A stretch of 64,000 nt of DNA. Source: an uncultured Actinomycetota bacterium. GTDB taxonomy: Bacteria; Actinomycetota; Actinomycetes; Propionibacteriales; Nocardioidaceae. Of the stretch, positions 1-9,939 are shown in pieces. How positions within the stretch are numbered: position 1 is the stretch's first letter; each line of letters starts with the position of its first letter. Under the pieces are notes generated by a model. That model saw only the letters and a program-made list of their open reading frames with translations. It did no database searches and had not been told where the DNA came from. Position numbers and translations under genes: made by a program. The stretch spans positions 178,293 through 242,292 of the forward strand of contig CAWAIW010000014.1 of the NCBI GenBank assembly GCA_963782035.1, in the 5' to 3' direction.

Positions 1-249
1 TTCTACCGCGCCCGCGAGTCGCGCTCGATGCCCGGCTCCGGGCTCGGGCTGGCGATCGTCCAGCAGGTCGTCGGCCGGCACGCCGGGGCCGTCCAGGCCG
101 GTGCGGCGCCCGGCGGCGGCGCCCGGTTCACCCTGTGGCTGCCCGGCGGGCCGGAGCACCCCGCGGCCCGAGCGCCGGGCGGCGTACCGACCGAACGTAT
201 GCGAACCAGCACCCCTGGGGGTGGGACATCCGGCCCCTCGCTGACCTAA
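1..249 (+). CDS. Sensor histidine kinase, C-terminal HATPase fragment (5' truncated by window edge)
   Basis: Frame 1 reads FYRARESRSMPGSGLGLAIV...GGGARFTLWLP (F, G2 and G3 boxes). Confidence 0.85.
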   Translation, partial: FYRARESRSMPGSGLGLAIVQQVVGRHAGAVQAGAAPGGGARFTLWLPGGPEHPAARAPGGVPTERMRTSTPGGGTSGPSLT

Positions 250-257
250 CGTCGAAG

Positions 258-836
258 GTGGGAGCACTCCCAACCATCTGCCGGCGGCGCCGCCTCCCCA
301 CAGGCGGCGCCGCCGGTGCGCTCACCGTGACAGTCCTGGCGACCCTGCTGCTGACCGGGTGCACGGGGGAGGCGTCCTCGACGCCGGTTCCCGCTCCGGC
401 CACCTCCGGCGACTCGCTCGGCTCCCACACGCCGACCAGGCTCCGGCACCCCTGCGCCGTCGTCCCGGCCGGCGTCGCGAGCCGGGCGCTCGGCCTGGTC
501 GTCCGGGCGCACCGGGTCCACGACCCGAGCGCGGCGCGGAAGGTCGAGTGCCGGTACGGCGACGCCCTGGACGTCAGCTCCTACCCGGACGTGCGGTCAC
601 TGCCCGCCGTCCTGGGCCTCTACCTCGGGGCCGACCGGCTGCCCCACCACCCGGTGGACGTGCCGGGCGCGGACGCCGCTGAGGTGGTGGTCGACACCGA
701 CGGGTCCGTGGTCCTGCTCGCGAAGCAGGGCTTCGTCACCCACCTCGTCTCGGTGCGTCTGCCCGAGGAGCAGCCTGCCGAGCGGGCGGCGATCAGCGTG
801 GCGACCCGTCTGGTGGCGGGGAACCAGCCCTCCTGA
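258..836 (+). CDS. Putative lipoprotein (DUF3558-like)
   Basis: Hydrophobic stretch ending in lipobox LLTGC, Ser/Pro linker, paired Cys; start uncertain. Confidence 0.6.
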   Translation: MGALPTICRRRRLPTGGAAGALTVTVLATLLLTGCTGEASSTPVPAPATSGDSLGSHTPTRLRHPCAVVPAGVASRALGLVVRAHRVHDPSAARKVECRYGDALDVSSYPDVRSLPAVLGLYLGADRLPHHPVDVPGADAAEVVVDTDGSVVLLAKQGFVTHLVSVRLPEEQPAERAAISVATRLVAGNQPS

Positions 837-2097
837 TGTCCAGCGCCGTGAGCAGCCGCGCCGCCTTCCAGCGCGACTCGGCGTACTCCTCCTCCACCTC
901 GGATCGCACCGTGATCCCGCCCCCGGTGCCCAGCCGGTAGCCGCCGGGGCCTCCGGTCACCAGCGACCGGATGACCACCCCGAGGTCGGCGCGGCCGTCG
1001 GCGGCCAGCCAGCCGAACGCCCCGGCGTACACCCCCCGCGGCGTCGCCTCGACCTCCTCGATGATCTCCATCGTCCGCAGCTTGGGGGCGCCGGTCATCG
1101 AGCCCGCGGGGAAGAGGGCCTTGAGCGCGGCCACGGTCGTGACGCCGTCGGTGAGCCGGCCGCGGACGGTGGAGACGAGCTGGTGGACGCTCGGGTAGGA
1201 CTCGACGTCCATCAGCACCGGCACCTCGACGGTGCCCGGGTCGCACACCATCGACAGGTCGTTGCGGAGGAGGTCGACGATCATCAGGTTCTCGCTGCGG
1301 AACTTGGGGTCGCTCGCCAGCTTCGTCCGCGCCGCCTCGTCCTCGTCGGGGGTGTCGCCGCGGGCGGTGGTCCCCTTGATCGGCTTGGTCTCCAGGATGC
1401 GGTCGGCGGTGACCAGCGCGTACCGCTCGGGCGACGAGCTCAGCAGCCAGGCCCGGTGGCCCGGGACGTCGTGCTGGAGGTACCCGGCGTACGGCGCGGG
1501 GTTCACCTCCCGCAGCCGCAGGTACGCCGCGACGGGGCTGAGCTCGCTCGGCGTCTCGAGGCGGTAGGTCAGGTTCACCTCGTAGGAGTTGCCCGCGTGC
1601 AGGTGTTCCTGGACCCGGTCGAACGCCTCCGCGTAATCCACAGGGGGCCGCTGGGCACTGGCGTTTGGGACCAAAGGCGCGGTGTAAACGGTTCCAGACT
1701 GGCGTTTCTGCCCAACGGCGAGGTCGTGGTCGAAGAAGCGGAGGTGGGTGGCGCGCATCCAGACGGCGTCGGGGAGGTCGGGGTCGGGGGTTGCGGGGAA
1801 GAGGTCGGGGCGGGCGGCGTACCCGAGGTACCCGAACCACTGGGCGTCGTCGGGACCCGCAGCCATCTCGGCCTCGAGCACGTCGAAGACGTCCGAGCCG
1901 ACGACCTCGACTCGGCCGCCGGCGTGCCGACGTACCTCCCGGGGACCGGCGTGGAAGGTGAGGGACACGTCGTCGTCGTCCAGCCAACCGACCATCGACC
2001 GCCGGCCCGACCACTCGCGGGCGCCGCCGCCGTCGAGCCAGAAGCAGCGGGCGTGCTCGGCCGCGACGTCGGCGAAGAAGCTCTCGACGTCATCCAC
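793..2097 (-). CDS. pabB: Aminodeoxychorismate synthase component I
   Basis: Chorismate-binding motifs SSPERY, PIKGT, ENLMIVDLLRND, PAGSMTGAPK. Confidence 0.85.
   Translation of the reverse strand: MDDVESFFADVAAEHARCFWLDGGGAREWSGRRSMVGWLDDDDVSLTFHAGPREVRRHAGGRVEVVGSDVFDVLEAEMAAGPDDAQWFGYLGYAARPDLFPATPDPDLPDAVWMRATHLRFFDHDLAVGQKRQSGTVYTAPLVPNASAQRPPVDYAEAFDRVQEHLHAGNSYEVNLTYRLETPSELSPVAAYLRLREVNPAPYAGYLQHDVPGHRAWLLSSSPERYALVTADRILETKPIKGTTARGDTPDEDEAARTKLASDPKFRSENLMIVDLLRNDLSMVCDPGTVEVPVLMDVESYPSVHQLVSTVRGRLTDGVTTVAALKALFPAGSMTGAPKLRTMEIIEEVEATPRGVYAGAFGWLAADGRADLGVVIRSLVTGGPGGYRLGTGGGITVRSEVEEEYAESRWKAARLLTALDIRRAGSPPPDGSPR
1648..1718. repeat. Lower-GC inverted-repeat-bounded segment read in frame inside pabB
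   Basis: CCGCTGGGCA...TGCCCAACGG (10-bp IR, 1 mismatch), internal direct repeat ACTGGCGTTT x2, atypical codons. Confidence 0.55.
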
Positions 2098-2659
2098 CGG
2101 CGAGCCCCAGGAAGTTCGCCACCAGCCGGGCGCCGTGCTCGCTGAGGACCGACTCGGGGTGGAACTGCACGCCCTCGAGCGGCAGCGAGACGTGCCGGAC
2201 GCCCATCACGGTGCCGTCGTCGCCGCGGGCGGTGACGACGAGGTCGTCGGGCACGACGAGCGCCGCCAGCGAGTGGTAGCGGACCGCCTTGAAGTCCTGC
2301 GGCAGACCGGCGAACACCCCGAGCCCGTCGTGCGTGACGGAGGTCAGCTCGCCGTGTGCGGGCTCGACGCGGTCGACCACGCCGCCGTACGCCGTGACGA
2401 GGCCCTGCATGCCGAGGCAGACCCCGAGCACGGGACGGGTGCCAGCCCTCAGTACCTCCCCGCCGACGGCGAAGTCGTGCGGCTCGTCCGGCCGGCCGGG
2501 GCCGGGCGAGAGCACGACGTACTCGTGCTCGAGGACCTCGGCGGCGGTCACCTCGTCGTGCTCGACGACGCGCGGCAGGGTGCCGGTGACGGCGGCGATG
2601 AGGTGCACGAGGTTCCAGGTGTAGGAGTCGTGGTGGTCGACCACGACGACATCGACCAT
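2090..2659 (-). CDS. pabA: Glutamine amidotransferase component II (PabA/TrpG)
   Basis: VDHHDSYTWNL, SPGPG, GVCLG, RYHSL, GVQFHPES; overlaps pabB start. Confidence 0.85.
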   Translation of the reverse strand: MVDVVVVDHHDSYTWNLVHLIAAVTGTLPRVVEHDEVTAAEVLEHEYVVLSPGPGRPDEPHDFAVGGEVLRAGTRPVLGVCLGMQGLVTAYGGVVDRVEPAHGELTSVTHDGLGVFAGLPQDFKAVRYHSLAALVVPDDLVVTARGDDGTVMGVRHVSLPLEGVQFHPESVLSEHGARLVANFLGLAGG

Positions 2660-2681
2660 GGGGTCCGGCCCGGGCACCGGC

Positions 2682-4400
2682 TCAACCTAGCGACGCCGTC
2701 GTCAGGGAGTCGCACGACAACGGCACCGGGTCCGCGCCGCGCAGCCGCGAGCAGCCGTCCCACTCGTCGAGCTTCGCCATCAGCGTCGCGATCTCGGGGG
2801 CGTGCGCGGGATCGTCGTAGGCGTTGGTCCGCTCCCACCCCTTGTCGAGGTAGCTGTAGAACTCGTAGGCGTACCGGTGGTGCCCCCACCGGTCGTCGAG
2901 GTCGTTGCGGACCAGCAGCGCGGTGCGGCTGCGTACCGCGACGTACGACGGGATGACGTTCAGCCCGCCGCCGGTGAACGCCCGGTCCGGGTCGGCGCCG
3001 GGTCGTGACCTCGAGAAGGTGTGCTCGAAGAAGACGTAGTCGGCCGCCGGTGCGGCCGGGTCGGTGAACGTGGGCACGAGCGAGGTGCCGGAGCGGTACG
3101 CCGGGCTGGGCAGGCCGGCGAGCTGCTCGAAGGTCGGCGCCCAGTCGATGTTGCTGACCATCGTGGTCCGGGGGCCGGGTACGACGCCCGGGCCGACGAC
3201 GAGGACGGGGACATGAGCGTCGGTGTCGTAGGCCGTGCCCTTGCCGCGCAACAACCCCATCTGGCCCAGGTGGAGGCCGTTGTCGGAGGTGAGGACGACG
3301 TAGGTGTTCGCGTCGACCGTGCGCAGGATCCGCATCACCATCCGGTCGACCGACTGCGCCATCCGCGCGCGGTCGCGGAGGTTGGTCTGGGCCTGGGCCC
3401 GGGTCAGCGTCAACGGGTGGAGGTTCCACTGCGACGCCGCGCGACCGTCGCGGCGGTCGGGGCGGTTGTCCGAGCGGCGGTCCCCGAACCCCGGCAGGTC
3501 CCGGGTGGTGAGACTCCGGCAGGTGACGAGCCCGCAGTCACCGAGCTTCTTGCTTCCCCCGGGCTGGTCGCGGAAGGCAGCGGGGAACAACGACTCGCCG
3601 GCGTACGCCGGGTCGTCGTCGACGCGTCCGTGCGGGGCGTACGGCGCGACCTCGAGGAAGTACGGCTGCGGGTCGTCGCGCCGTTGCCGCAGGAACTTCA
3701 TGGCCAGGCTGCCGATCACGGTGCCGGCGTAGGCGTGGTCCTTCTTCTTGTTGCTCTCGCCGGCCGGCGGTGCCGGCCAGCTGCGCAGGATGCTGGTGCC
3801 CTTCGGGCCGGGGCGGAGGCCCTGGAAGTCCCAGCCGTCGTAGGCCGTACCGAAGATCGCGCGGAAGTCCGACCAGCCGGGCGGGGTGGGCGGCAGGGCC
3901 TGGTCCTTGGCGTTGACCTCGTAGCCGTTCAGGTACTTGCCGACGTACCCCGTGCGGTAGCCCGCTTCTTGCAAGCGGACCGCAAAGGTTCGCGCCTGGT
4001 TGCCGTTCTTCGCAAAGCCACGCCAGCCGCCGAGCGGGCCCTGGCGGTTCGGCAGGTTGGTGGTGTTGGTGAGGACGCCGGTCTGGTGCGGGTACTGGCC
4101 GGTGAACGTCGCGCTGCGCGAGACGCAGCACAGCGAGTCCACGACGAAGGCGTTGTCGTACGACGCGCCGTGCCGCTCCATGTACCGCGCGCTGCGCAGG
4201 GTGCGGAGCAGGTCCATGGAGAAGTCGTCCATCAGCACGAACACGACGTTCGGGCGACGCGCCGCCGTCTCTTGGTGAACAACCGCCGCGTCCGCCGGCC
4301 GCGCGGGCTCATCGCCGGCGTTGCCCGTCGGCGCGCCGCAGGCAGCCGCCACCAGGGCGGTGGCGATGACCGCCACCGTCGCGATCGGCGACCGGCGCAT
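2682..4400 (-). CDS. Secreted/lipoprotein formylglycine-dependent sulfatase
   Basis: Lipobox AAAC, PNVVFVLMDD, CCVSRS (CxxxR), GKYLNGY, TSDNG. Confidence 0.85.
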   Translation of the reverse strand: MRRSPIATVAVIATALVAAACGAPTGNAGDEPARPADAAVVHQETAARRPNVVFVLMDDFSMDLLRTLRSARYMERHGASYDNAFVVDSLCCVSRSATFTGQYPHQTGVLTNTTNLPNRQGPLGGWRGFAKNGNQARTFAVRLQEAGYRTGYVGKYLNGYEVNAKDQALPPTPPGWSDFRAIFGTAYDGWDFQGLRPGPKGTSILRSWPAPPAGESNKKKDHAYAGTVIGSLAMKFLRQRRDDPQPYFLEVAPYAPHGRVDDDPAYAGESLFPAAFRDQPGGSKKLGDCGLVTCRSLTTRDLPGFGDRRSDNRPDRRDGRAASQWNLHPLTLTRAQAQTNLRDRARMAQSVDRMVMRILRTVDANTYVVLTSDNGLHLGQMGLLRGKGTAYDTDAHVPVLVVGPGVVPGPRTTMVSNIDWAPTFEQLAGLPSPAYRSGTSLVPTFTDPAAPAADYVFFEHTFSRSRPGADPDRAFTGGGLNVIPSYVAVRSRTALLVRNDLDDRWGHHRYAYEFYSYLDKGWERTNAYDDPAHAPEIATLMAKLDEWDGCSRLRGADPVPLSCDSLTTASLG

Positions 4401-4861
4401 GGCTCTGCTGCCCCCCGTGGACGTACCTCATCTTGGTGAAACCGATTCTCGCCGCCGACCCAAGGCCGCGTGGGCGAACCGGTCCATCCGAACGGATGGT
4501 TGCAGCCGGGCGAGTGCCAGGGCACCCTGGGGGTGTTCCTGACCTCCCCCCAGGGCCCCGTATCTCGGGACCGTTGTGAGACAGCTGGGGGTTGTCATGC
4601 AGGCTCACGAGGGACTCACTGCCGCCGCCGAGGGCAGCCTGGTTCCGTTGATGATCGCGACCGGTTCGCCGGGGCTCGCCGCCGACGTATGCGTCCACCC
4701 GTTCGGTCGCTGACGGGCACCTGGATGTCTGGCAAGCGTGTACGCCGCGGCGCCCGACGCCGCGGCCTCCCGCTTGCGGCCCCGGTGGTGGCGACGCAGG
4801 TGCTCGGGCCGTACGCCGAGCTGCTCGGCGTCCACCCCGATCCCCGGAGCCAGGTGGGCCG

Positions 4862-5596
4862 ATGACGCCGAAGTGGGTCGAGCACCGGATCCCGCAGGCA
4901 ACCCGGACACCGCCGCCCAAGCCCGACGTCACCGCGCCCGAGTGGGTCGCGTGGTTCGAGCGGTCGATGCGGGACGCGGCTCCGGCAGAGTCTCTCGCTC
5001 CCCGTCCCGACCGCCTGCCCGTTCCCGTGCCGGAGCCGGTCGCCCTACCGGCCCCGGCGTCGTACCCAGGACCGTCGACCGGGACCGTCGTGGCCGCCTG
5101 CGTCGCCGTCATGGCGATCATGACCCTCCTCGTCGGCGCCGGCTGGTGGTGGGCCGGGCGGGGTGAGCCGCACGCGAAGCCGCTGGCGCGTCAGGTCGAC
5201 AGCCGGAGCCGTCAGCACCCGCCTCCTCCGGTGCCGGTGCCGATCGGCAGCCGACACACCCAGGTGCGGGTGCTCGCGTCGGGCGACCTGGTCGTCGAGG
5301 ACTGGCTACGGAAGCCGGGCGGTTCGCTGGTCCATCGGAAGTACGAGCTGGCCGACGCCCTCGAGAGCACCGGCTCCCGGGGCCTGGTGCGTCTCGAACC
5401 CGTGGACGTGGGTCGCAGCAGCGACCGCACGATCTCGGTCGTGGGTGCGACGGTGCTGGCGCTCGCGTGCCTCCCGAGCGCGGCGGAGGTACCGGTGCCG
5501 TGCGGGGCGGACGCCGGGGTGCGGGGCTGGCGGCTGGTCGGGCCGGCCGCGACGCCGGACGCCGAGGTGCTCGTGCAGCTGGACCTGGCGGGCTAG
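4862..5596 (+). CDS. Hypothetical single-pass membrane protein
   Basis: Pro-rich N terminus, one TM helix, GC3-biased codons. Confidence 0.6.
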   Translation: MTPKWVEHRIPQATRTPPPKPDVTAPEWVAWFERSMRDAAPAESLAPRPDRLPVPVPEPVALPAPASYPGPSTGTVVAACVAVMAIMTLLVGAGWWWAGRGEPHAKPLARQVDSRSRQHPPPPVPVPIGSRHTQVRVLASGDLVVEDWLRKPGGSLVHRKYELADALESTGSRGLVRLEPVDVGRSSDRTISVVGATVLALACLPSAAEVPVPCGADAGVRGWRLVGPAATPDAEVLVQLDLAG

Positions 5597-7524
5597 GCCT
5601 TCGCGGTCAGGAGGTCGCGCACGAGGTCGTGCACCAGGTCGTAGCCGTGCTCGGTCAGGATCGACTCGGCGTGGAACTGGATGCCGCGGTAGTGGGGACC
5701 GCGAACCAGGTGGACGTCGCCGGACGCGGGATCCGCCTGCACGTCGACGCCGTCGGGGAGGGCGTGCTCGCCCTGTCGGGCCACGAAGGTGTTGTAGAAG
5801 CCGACCCGTTCGGTGCGCCCGTCGATGTCGACCGGTGACTGGGTGCCCTGGAAGACGATGTCCTTGAAGCCGAGGTCGAGGCCGAGGTGGTGGCACAGGA
5901 CCTGGTGGCCGAGGCAGACCGCGAGGAACGGCTGCTCGCGGGTCATCAGCCGGTCGACGACCCCGCGGAGGACGGCCATCTTCGGATCGTCGGCGTCGCG
6001 TGGGTCGCCCGGGCCGGGACCGACGATGACGAGGTCGGCGGCGTCGAGGGCGGGGTCGTGCGTGACGGCGTCGTACTCGTCGTGGCGGATCACGCTGCTG
6101 GTCATGCCGAGGACACCGAGGACGTGGCGCAGCATCTTCACGAAGTCGTCCTCGCCGTCGAGGACCACGACGTGCTTGCCGCGCAGGCGCGGGTCGGGGC
6201 TGGTGCCGGCCTGGTCGGTCAGCCAGAACCTGGACAGCCTCTGGTTGCGGGCGTTCAGGGCGAGCAGCACGTCCTCGTCGTTGACGAGCTCGGCGACGTT
6301 CACGTCCGGGACGGGCGTCGTCTCGACCAGGCCGAAGGCGCTGAGGACGCCGCTGGCCTTGGCGTGCGTCTCGGCGACCTCGTACGCCGGGTCGGAGTCG
6401 CGCACCAGGGTCGCGCCGGCGGTGACGGTGAGGCGTCCTTGTTCGTCCACGTCGGCGGTGCGGATGACGATCGGGCTGTCGACGACGGGTTCGCCGCGCT
6501 CGTCGCGGCCGAGGATGGCCAGCGCGGCGCCGTAGTACGCGCGGCCCTCGGTCTCGTACTGCTTGATCAGCCGGCAGGCGTTCTCCACCGGCGAGCCCGT
6601 CACCGTGGCGGCGTACATGGTGTCTCTCAGGACTTCCCGGGGATCCCTCGTCGTGCGGCCCGCGAGCAGGTACTCGGTGTGGATGAGGCGGCTCATCGGC
6701 TTGAGGAACGGGCCGAGCACCTGGCCGCCCTCCGTGCAGATGTCGCACATCATCTTCAGCTCCTCGTCGACCACCATGAAGAGCTCGTAGATCTCCTTCT
6801 CGTCGCGAAGGAAGTCCAGGATGCGCGGCTTGAGGTCGCCCTCGCCGGCGGCCCCGAGGCGGAAGGTGCCGCTGATCGGGTTCATCCGGACGTCGCCGCC
6901 GTGCACGGTGACGTGGCGCTCGGGGCTGGCGCCGATGAGGTACCGGTCGCCGGTGAAGAAGACGAACGTCCAGTACGCGCCGCGCTCCCGCTCGAGCAGC
7001 CGCTTGAACACCGCGAGCGCCTTGTCGGCGCCCCAGTCCGCGATCGTCGCGCGGTAGTGGCGGCCGATGACCAGGTTCGCGCCCTCGCCCTGCCCGATCT
7101 CGTCCTTGATGACCGCCTCGACGAGCTTGGCGTACTCCTGGTCGTCGATGTCGAACCCGCCGCGGTCCGCCAGCTCGACGGGTACGTCGTCGATCGCCTG
7201 GACGATCTCGGCGACGCTGAACTCGCGCTCGCTCTTCACGTCCACGACGACCAGCGGCGTACCGTCGTCGTGCGCCTCGAACCCCCGCTCCCGCACCTGG
7301 CGGAAGGGGATGGCGAGGAGCCGGTCGGCGATGTGATCCTGTTGGGGGATCCCGGTCTCGAGCTCGACGTCCATGATCGACTCGACGACCCGCCTCGTGC
7401 CGCCCACGAGCCCGACCGTGTCCCGGTCCCCCGCCCGCGTCGACCTCCGGATGATCGCCCACGCCTCGTGCCCCCGGAGCGCCTCGATGGCTTCCCGTGC
7501 ACCGGTTTCGCGGACCTCCGACAT
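5593..7524 (-). CDS. PhzE-like fused anthranilate/ADIC synthase (TrpE+TrpG)
   Basis: GEGANLVI, GASPERH, MNPISGTF, LFMVVDEELKMM, GSPVENA; C-terminal GATase GPGPGDP, VCLGHQ, QFHAES. Confidence 0.85.
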   Translation of the reverse strand: MSEVRETGAREAIEALRGHEAWAIIRRSTRAGDRDTVGLVGGTRRVVESIMDVELETGIPQQDHIADRLLAIPFRQVRERGFEAHDDGTPLVVVDVKSEREFSVAEIVQAIDDVPVELADRGGFDIDDQEYAKLVEAVIKDEIGQGEGANLVIGRHYRATIADWGADKALAVFKRLLERERGAYWTFVFFTGDRYLIGASPERHVTVHGGDVRMNPISGTFRLGAAGEGDLKPRILDFLRDEKEIYELFMVVDEELKMMCDICTEGGQVLGPFLKPMSRLIHTEYLLAGRTTRDPREVLRDTMYAATVTGSPVENACRLIKQYETEGRAYYGAALAILGRDERGEPVVDSPIVIRTADVDEQGRLTVTAGATLVRDSDPAYEVAETHAKASGVLSAFGLVETTPVPDVNVAELVNDEDVLLALNARNQRLSRFWLTDQAGTSPDPRLRGKHVVVLDGEDDFVKMLRHVLGVLGMTSSVIRHDEYDAVTHDPALDAADLVIVGPGPGDPRDADDPKMAVLRGVVDRLMTREQPFLAVCLGHQVLCHHLGLDLGFKDIVFQGTQSPVDIDGRTERVGFYNTFVARQGEHALPDGVDVQADPASGDVHLVRGPHYRGIQFHAESILTEHGYDLVHDLVRDLLTAKA

Positions 7525-7540
7525 GAGCGTGACCCTACTT

Positions 7541-7689
7541 CCGCGAGTCGGCGCTCCTTTCCCCGTCCCGGACGTCGAGTCGGCGCCAGTTTCCGTCGCC
7601 GCCCGGAAAGTAGCGCCGACTCGACGCCGACCGGAGGGAAAGTAGCGCCGACTCGACGTCGACCGAGGGAAAGTAGCGCCGACTCGCGG
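7541..7689. repeat. Family B inverted-repeat element (GAGTCGGCGC array)
   Basis: Termini CCGCGAGTCGGCGCT / AGCGCCGACTCGCGG; 2 forward and 3 reverse core copies at ~32-bp spacing. Confidence 0.85.
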
Positions 7690-9858
7690 TCAGGAGATGG
7701 TCGTGAGGAGCTGGGTGGCGCGGGTGAGGACGACGTAGAGGGTGGAGGTACCGGTGGCGGACTCGGCCTCGATCTCCTGGGGGCGGACGACGACGATGCC
7801 GTCGAACTCGAGGCCCTTGGTGTCGAGGCCGGTGAGGACGACGATGCGGTCCTCGCCGGAGGGGGCGACGGAGGAGTCGATGGCGGCGCGGGCGCCGGGG
7901 GCGTCGGCGGCGAGCTCGGGCCAGGAGGCGAGCCAGGCGTTGACGTCCGAACGGCGCGCGACGGGGACGACGATGCCCACAGTCCCCGACACGGAAGCGG
8001 CGACCGAGGCGACCGCCGCGCGGGTCGCGGCCTCCAGGTCCGCGCCGCCGGCGACCTCGAGAGGCGCGACACCGGTCGAGCGGACCGCGGTCGGCAGGTC
8101 GGCGTCCAGCCCGACGCGGGCGGCGTACGCCGCGGCGTACTCGTAGATCTCCGAGGAGTTCCGGTAGTTGGTGGAGAGGTGGAACTCGTGGAGCTCCTTG
8201 CCCTCCAGCGCGGCGGCCCGCGCGGACGCCGCCTCCAACGGCACCGGCCACGACGACTGCGCCGGGTCGCCGACGATGGTCCACGAGGCGGTGCGGCCGC
8301 GGCGGCCCACCATCCGCCACTGCATCGGCGTGAGGTCCTGGGCCTCGTCGATCAGCACGTGGGCGAACGGGTCGTCCTCGATGCTGTTGGTCGGCGGCGT
8401 CCAGCGCCGGCCGCCCGATCCGTACTCGCGCTCGACCGCCGAGGTCAGCTCCTCGACGTCGCCACCGAGGAAGTCGTCGAGCTCGTGGTCCTCCTCCGAG
8501 CGGGTCGGGACGTCGCCGAGGGCGTACCTCAGCTCGTCCAGCAACGGCACGTCCTCGACCGACGGGGGGAGCTCCGAGGCCCAGGACTTGGTCAGCAGCC
8601 GCTGGTCCTCCGAGGAGACCACGCCCTCGGCCACGCGGGCCAGGAGCTCCGGGTCGCGCAGCCAGCCCAGCACGGTCGGCGCGTCGAGCGGCGGCCACCA
8701 CTCGACGACGAAGTCGACGAACGCCTGGTTGCCGAGCATCTCGTCGTTGAACGCCTCACGGCCCCGCTCGCGGCCGCGCTCGCCGCGCACCTGGCGCCAC
8801 ATCAGGTCGAGCAGGGAGGAGGCGATGCGCGGGATCTGCCGGTTGCGGCGGCCCTGCCCCATCAGCTGGCGCCGCAGCTGGCCGAGCTTGCCGGGGTCGA
8901 GGGTGATGACGTCGTCGCGCCAGAAGATCCGGAACTCCCGCGGCGACCCGGGCGCCTGCTGTCGCGACGTACGCCGGATCAGCTCGGCCATCCGGGCCGA
9001 GCCCTTCACGTCGGCGACCGACGGCTCGTCGTGCCGGGTCGCGCGCAGCCCGTCCACGACCTCGCCCAGCGACCGCAACGCGATCGCGGTCTCGCCGAGC
9101 GAGGGCAGCACGCGCTCGATGTACCTCATGAACACACCGCTCGGACCGACGACCAGCACGCCGCCGGACTCGTAGCGCCGCCGGTCGGTGTAGAGCAGGT
9201 ACGCCGCCCGGTGCAGCGCGACCACCGTCTTGCCCGTACCCGGCCCACCCGAGATCGACACGACGCCCCGCGAGGGTGCCCGGATCGCCCGGTCCTGCTC
9301 GGCCTGGATGGTCGCGACGATGGAGTGCATGGAGCGGTCGCGGGCGCGGGACAGCTGGGCCATCAGCGCGCCCTCGCCGACGATCGGCAGGTCGGTCCCG
9401 GCCTCGGCGTCGAGCAGCTCGTCCTCGACGGACACGACCGTGGGGCCCTGGCTGCGCAGCACGCGGCGGCGGACGACGTCCTTCGGGTCGGCGGCGGTCG
9501 CCTGGTAGAAGACCGCCGCGGCCGGCGCCCGCCAGTCGATCAACAGGGAGTCGTGGTGGTCGTCGCGCAGGCCGATCCGGCCGACGTACCGCGGCTCGGG
9601 GCTCAGCTCGGGGCGGACGTCGAGGCGGCCGAAGACCAGGCCCTCGTGCGCGGCGTCCAGCTGGGCGATGCGCTTGGCGGCCTGGAAGACCATCGCGTCG
9701 CGCTCGACCAACCCGCCCTCGTGACCGAGCAGACCGCGGTCGAACCCCTCCCGGGCCAGCTGCTGGGCGGCCTTGGCCGACTTCCCCAGCTGCACGTACA
9801 CCCGGTCGACGAACTCCTGCTCTCCCGCGATCTCCCGCGCCAGCAGCTCTTCGGACAA
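7690..9858 (-). CDS. helD: HelD-family RNA polymerase-associated SF1 ATPase
   Basis: FGRLD, IDWRAP, IVATIQAEQ, GGPGTGKTVVALHRAAYLLY, DEAQD, GDPAQ, KGLEFD, LYVVLTRAT. Confidence 0.85.
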   Translation of the reverse strand: MSEELLAREIAGEQEFVDRVYVQLGKSAKAAQQLAREGFDRGLLGHEGGLVERDAMVFQAAKRIAQLDAAHEGLVFGRLDVRPELSPEPRYVGRIGLRDDHHDSLLIDWRAPAAAVFYQATAADPKDVVRRRVLRSQGPTVVSVEDELLDAEAGTDLPIVGEGALMAQLSRARDRSMHSIVATIQAEQDRAIRAPSRGVVSISGGPGTGKTVVALHRAAYLLYTDRRRYESGGVLVVGPSGVFMRYIERVLPSLGETAIALRSLGEVVDGLRATRHDEPSVADVKGSARMAELIRRTSRQQAPGSPREFRIFWRDDVITLDPGKLGQLRRQLMGQGRRNRQIPRIASSLLDLMWRQVRGERGRERGREAFNDEMLGNQAFVDFVVEWWPPLDAPTVLGWLRDPELLARVAEGVVSSEDQRLLTKSWASELPPSVEDVPLLDELRYALGDVPTRSEEDHELDDFLGGDVEELTSAVEREYGSGGRRWTPPTNSIEDDPFAHVLIDEAQDLTPMQWRMVGRRGRTASWTIVGDPAQSSWPVPLEAASARAAALEGKELHEFHLSTNYRNSSEIYEYAAAYAARVGLDADLPTAVRSTGVAPLEVAGGADLEAATRAAVASVAASVSGTVGIVVPVARRSDVNAWLASWPELAADAPGARAAIDSSVAPSGEDRIVVLTGLDTKGLEFDGIVVVRPQEIEAESATGTSTLYVVLTRATQLLTTIS

Positions 9859-9939
9859 ACCTGACCCCTCAACCGTTTACGTCCCCGTGACCGCCCGAAG
9901 GCAAGTCCACGACTTTACTCGGCGAAGGGCGGATCGGAG

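Noticed and set aside
4516-4560. CCCTGGGGG...CCCCCCAGGG hairpin as another repeat family
   Set aside because: Short and low-complexity; similar strings near 211 and 49635 are too weak to support a family.
7541-7689. CRISPR array
   Set aside because: Cores are only ~10-15 bp, reverse orientation mid-array, and no cas genes are present.
5887-9864. Very long antisense ORFs (1325 aa here, 1281 aa at 45472, others)
   Set aside because: Shadow frames of high-GC3 genes with no motifs; only the last 244 codons of the 45472 ORF are a real MerR gene.
9859-9939. Rifamycin-associated element upstream of helD
   Set aside because: Only a CTTGCC partial match; no full inverted repeat.
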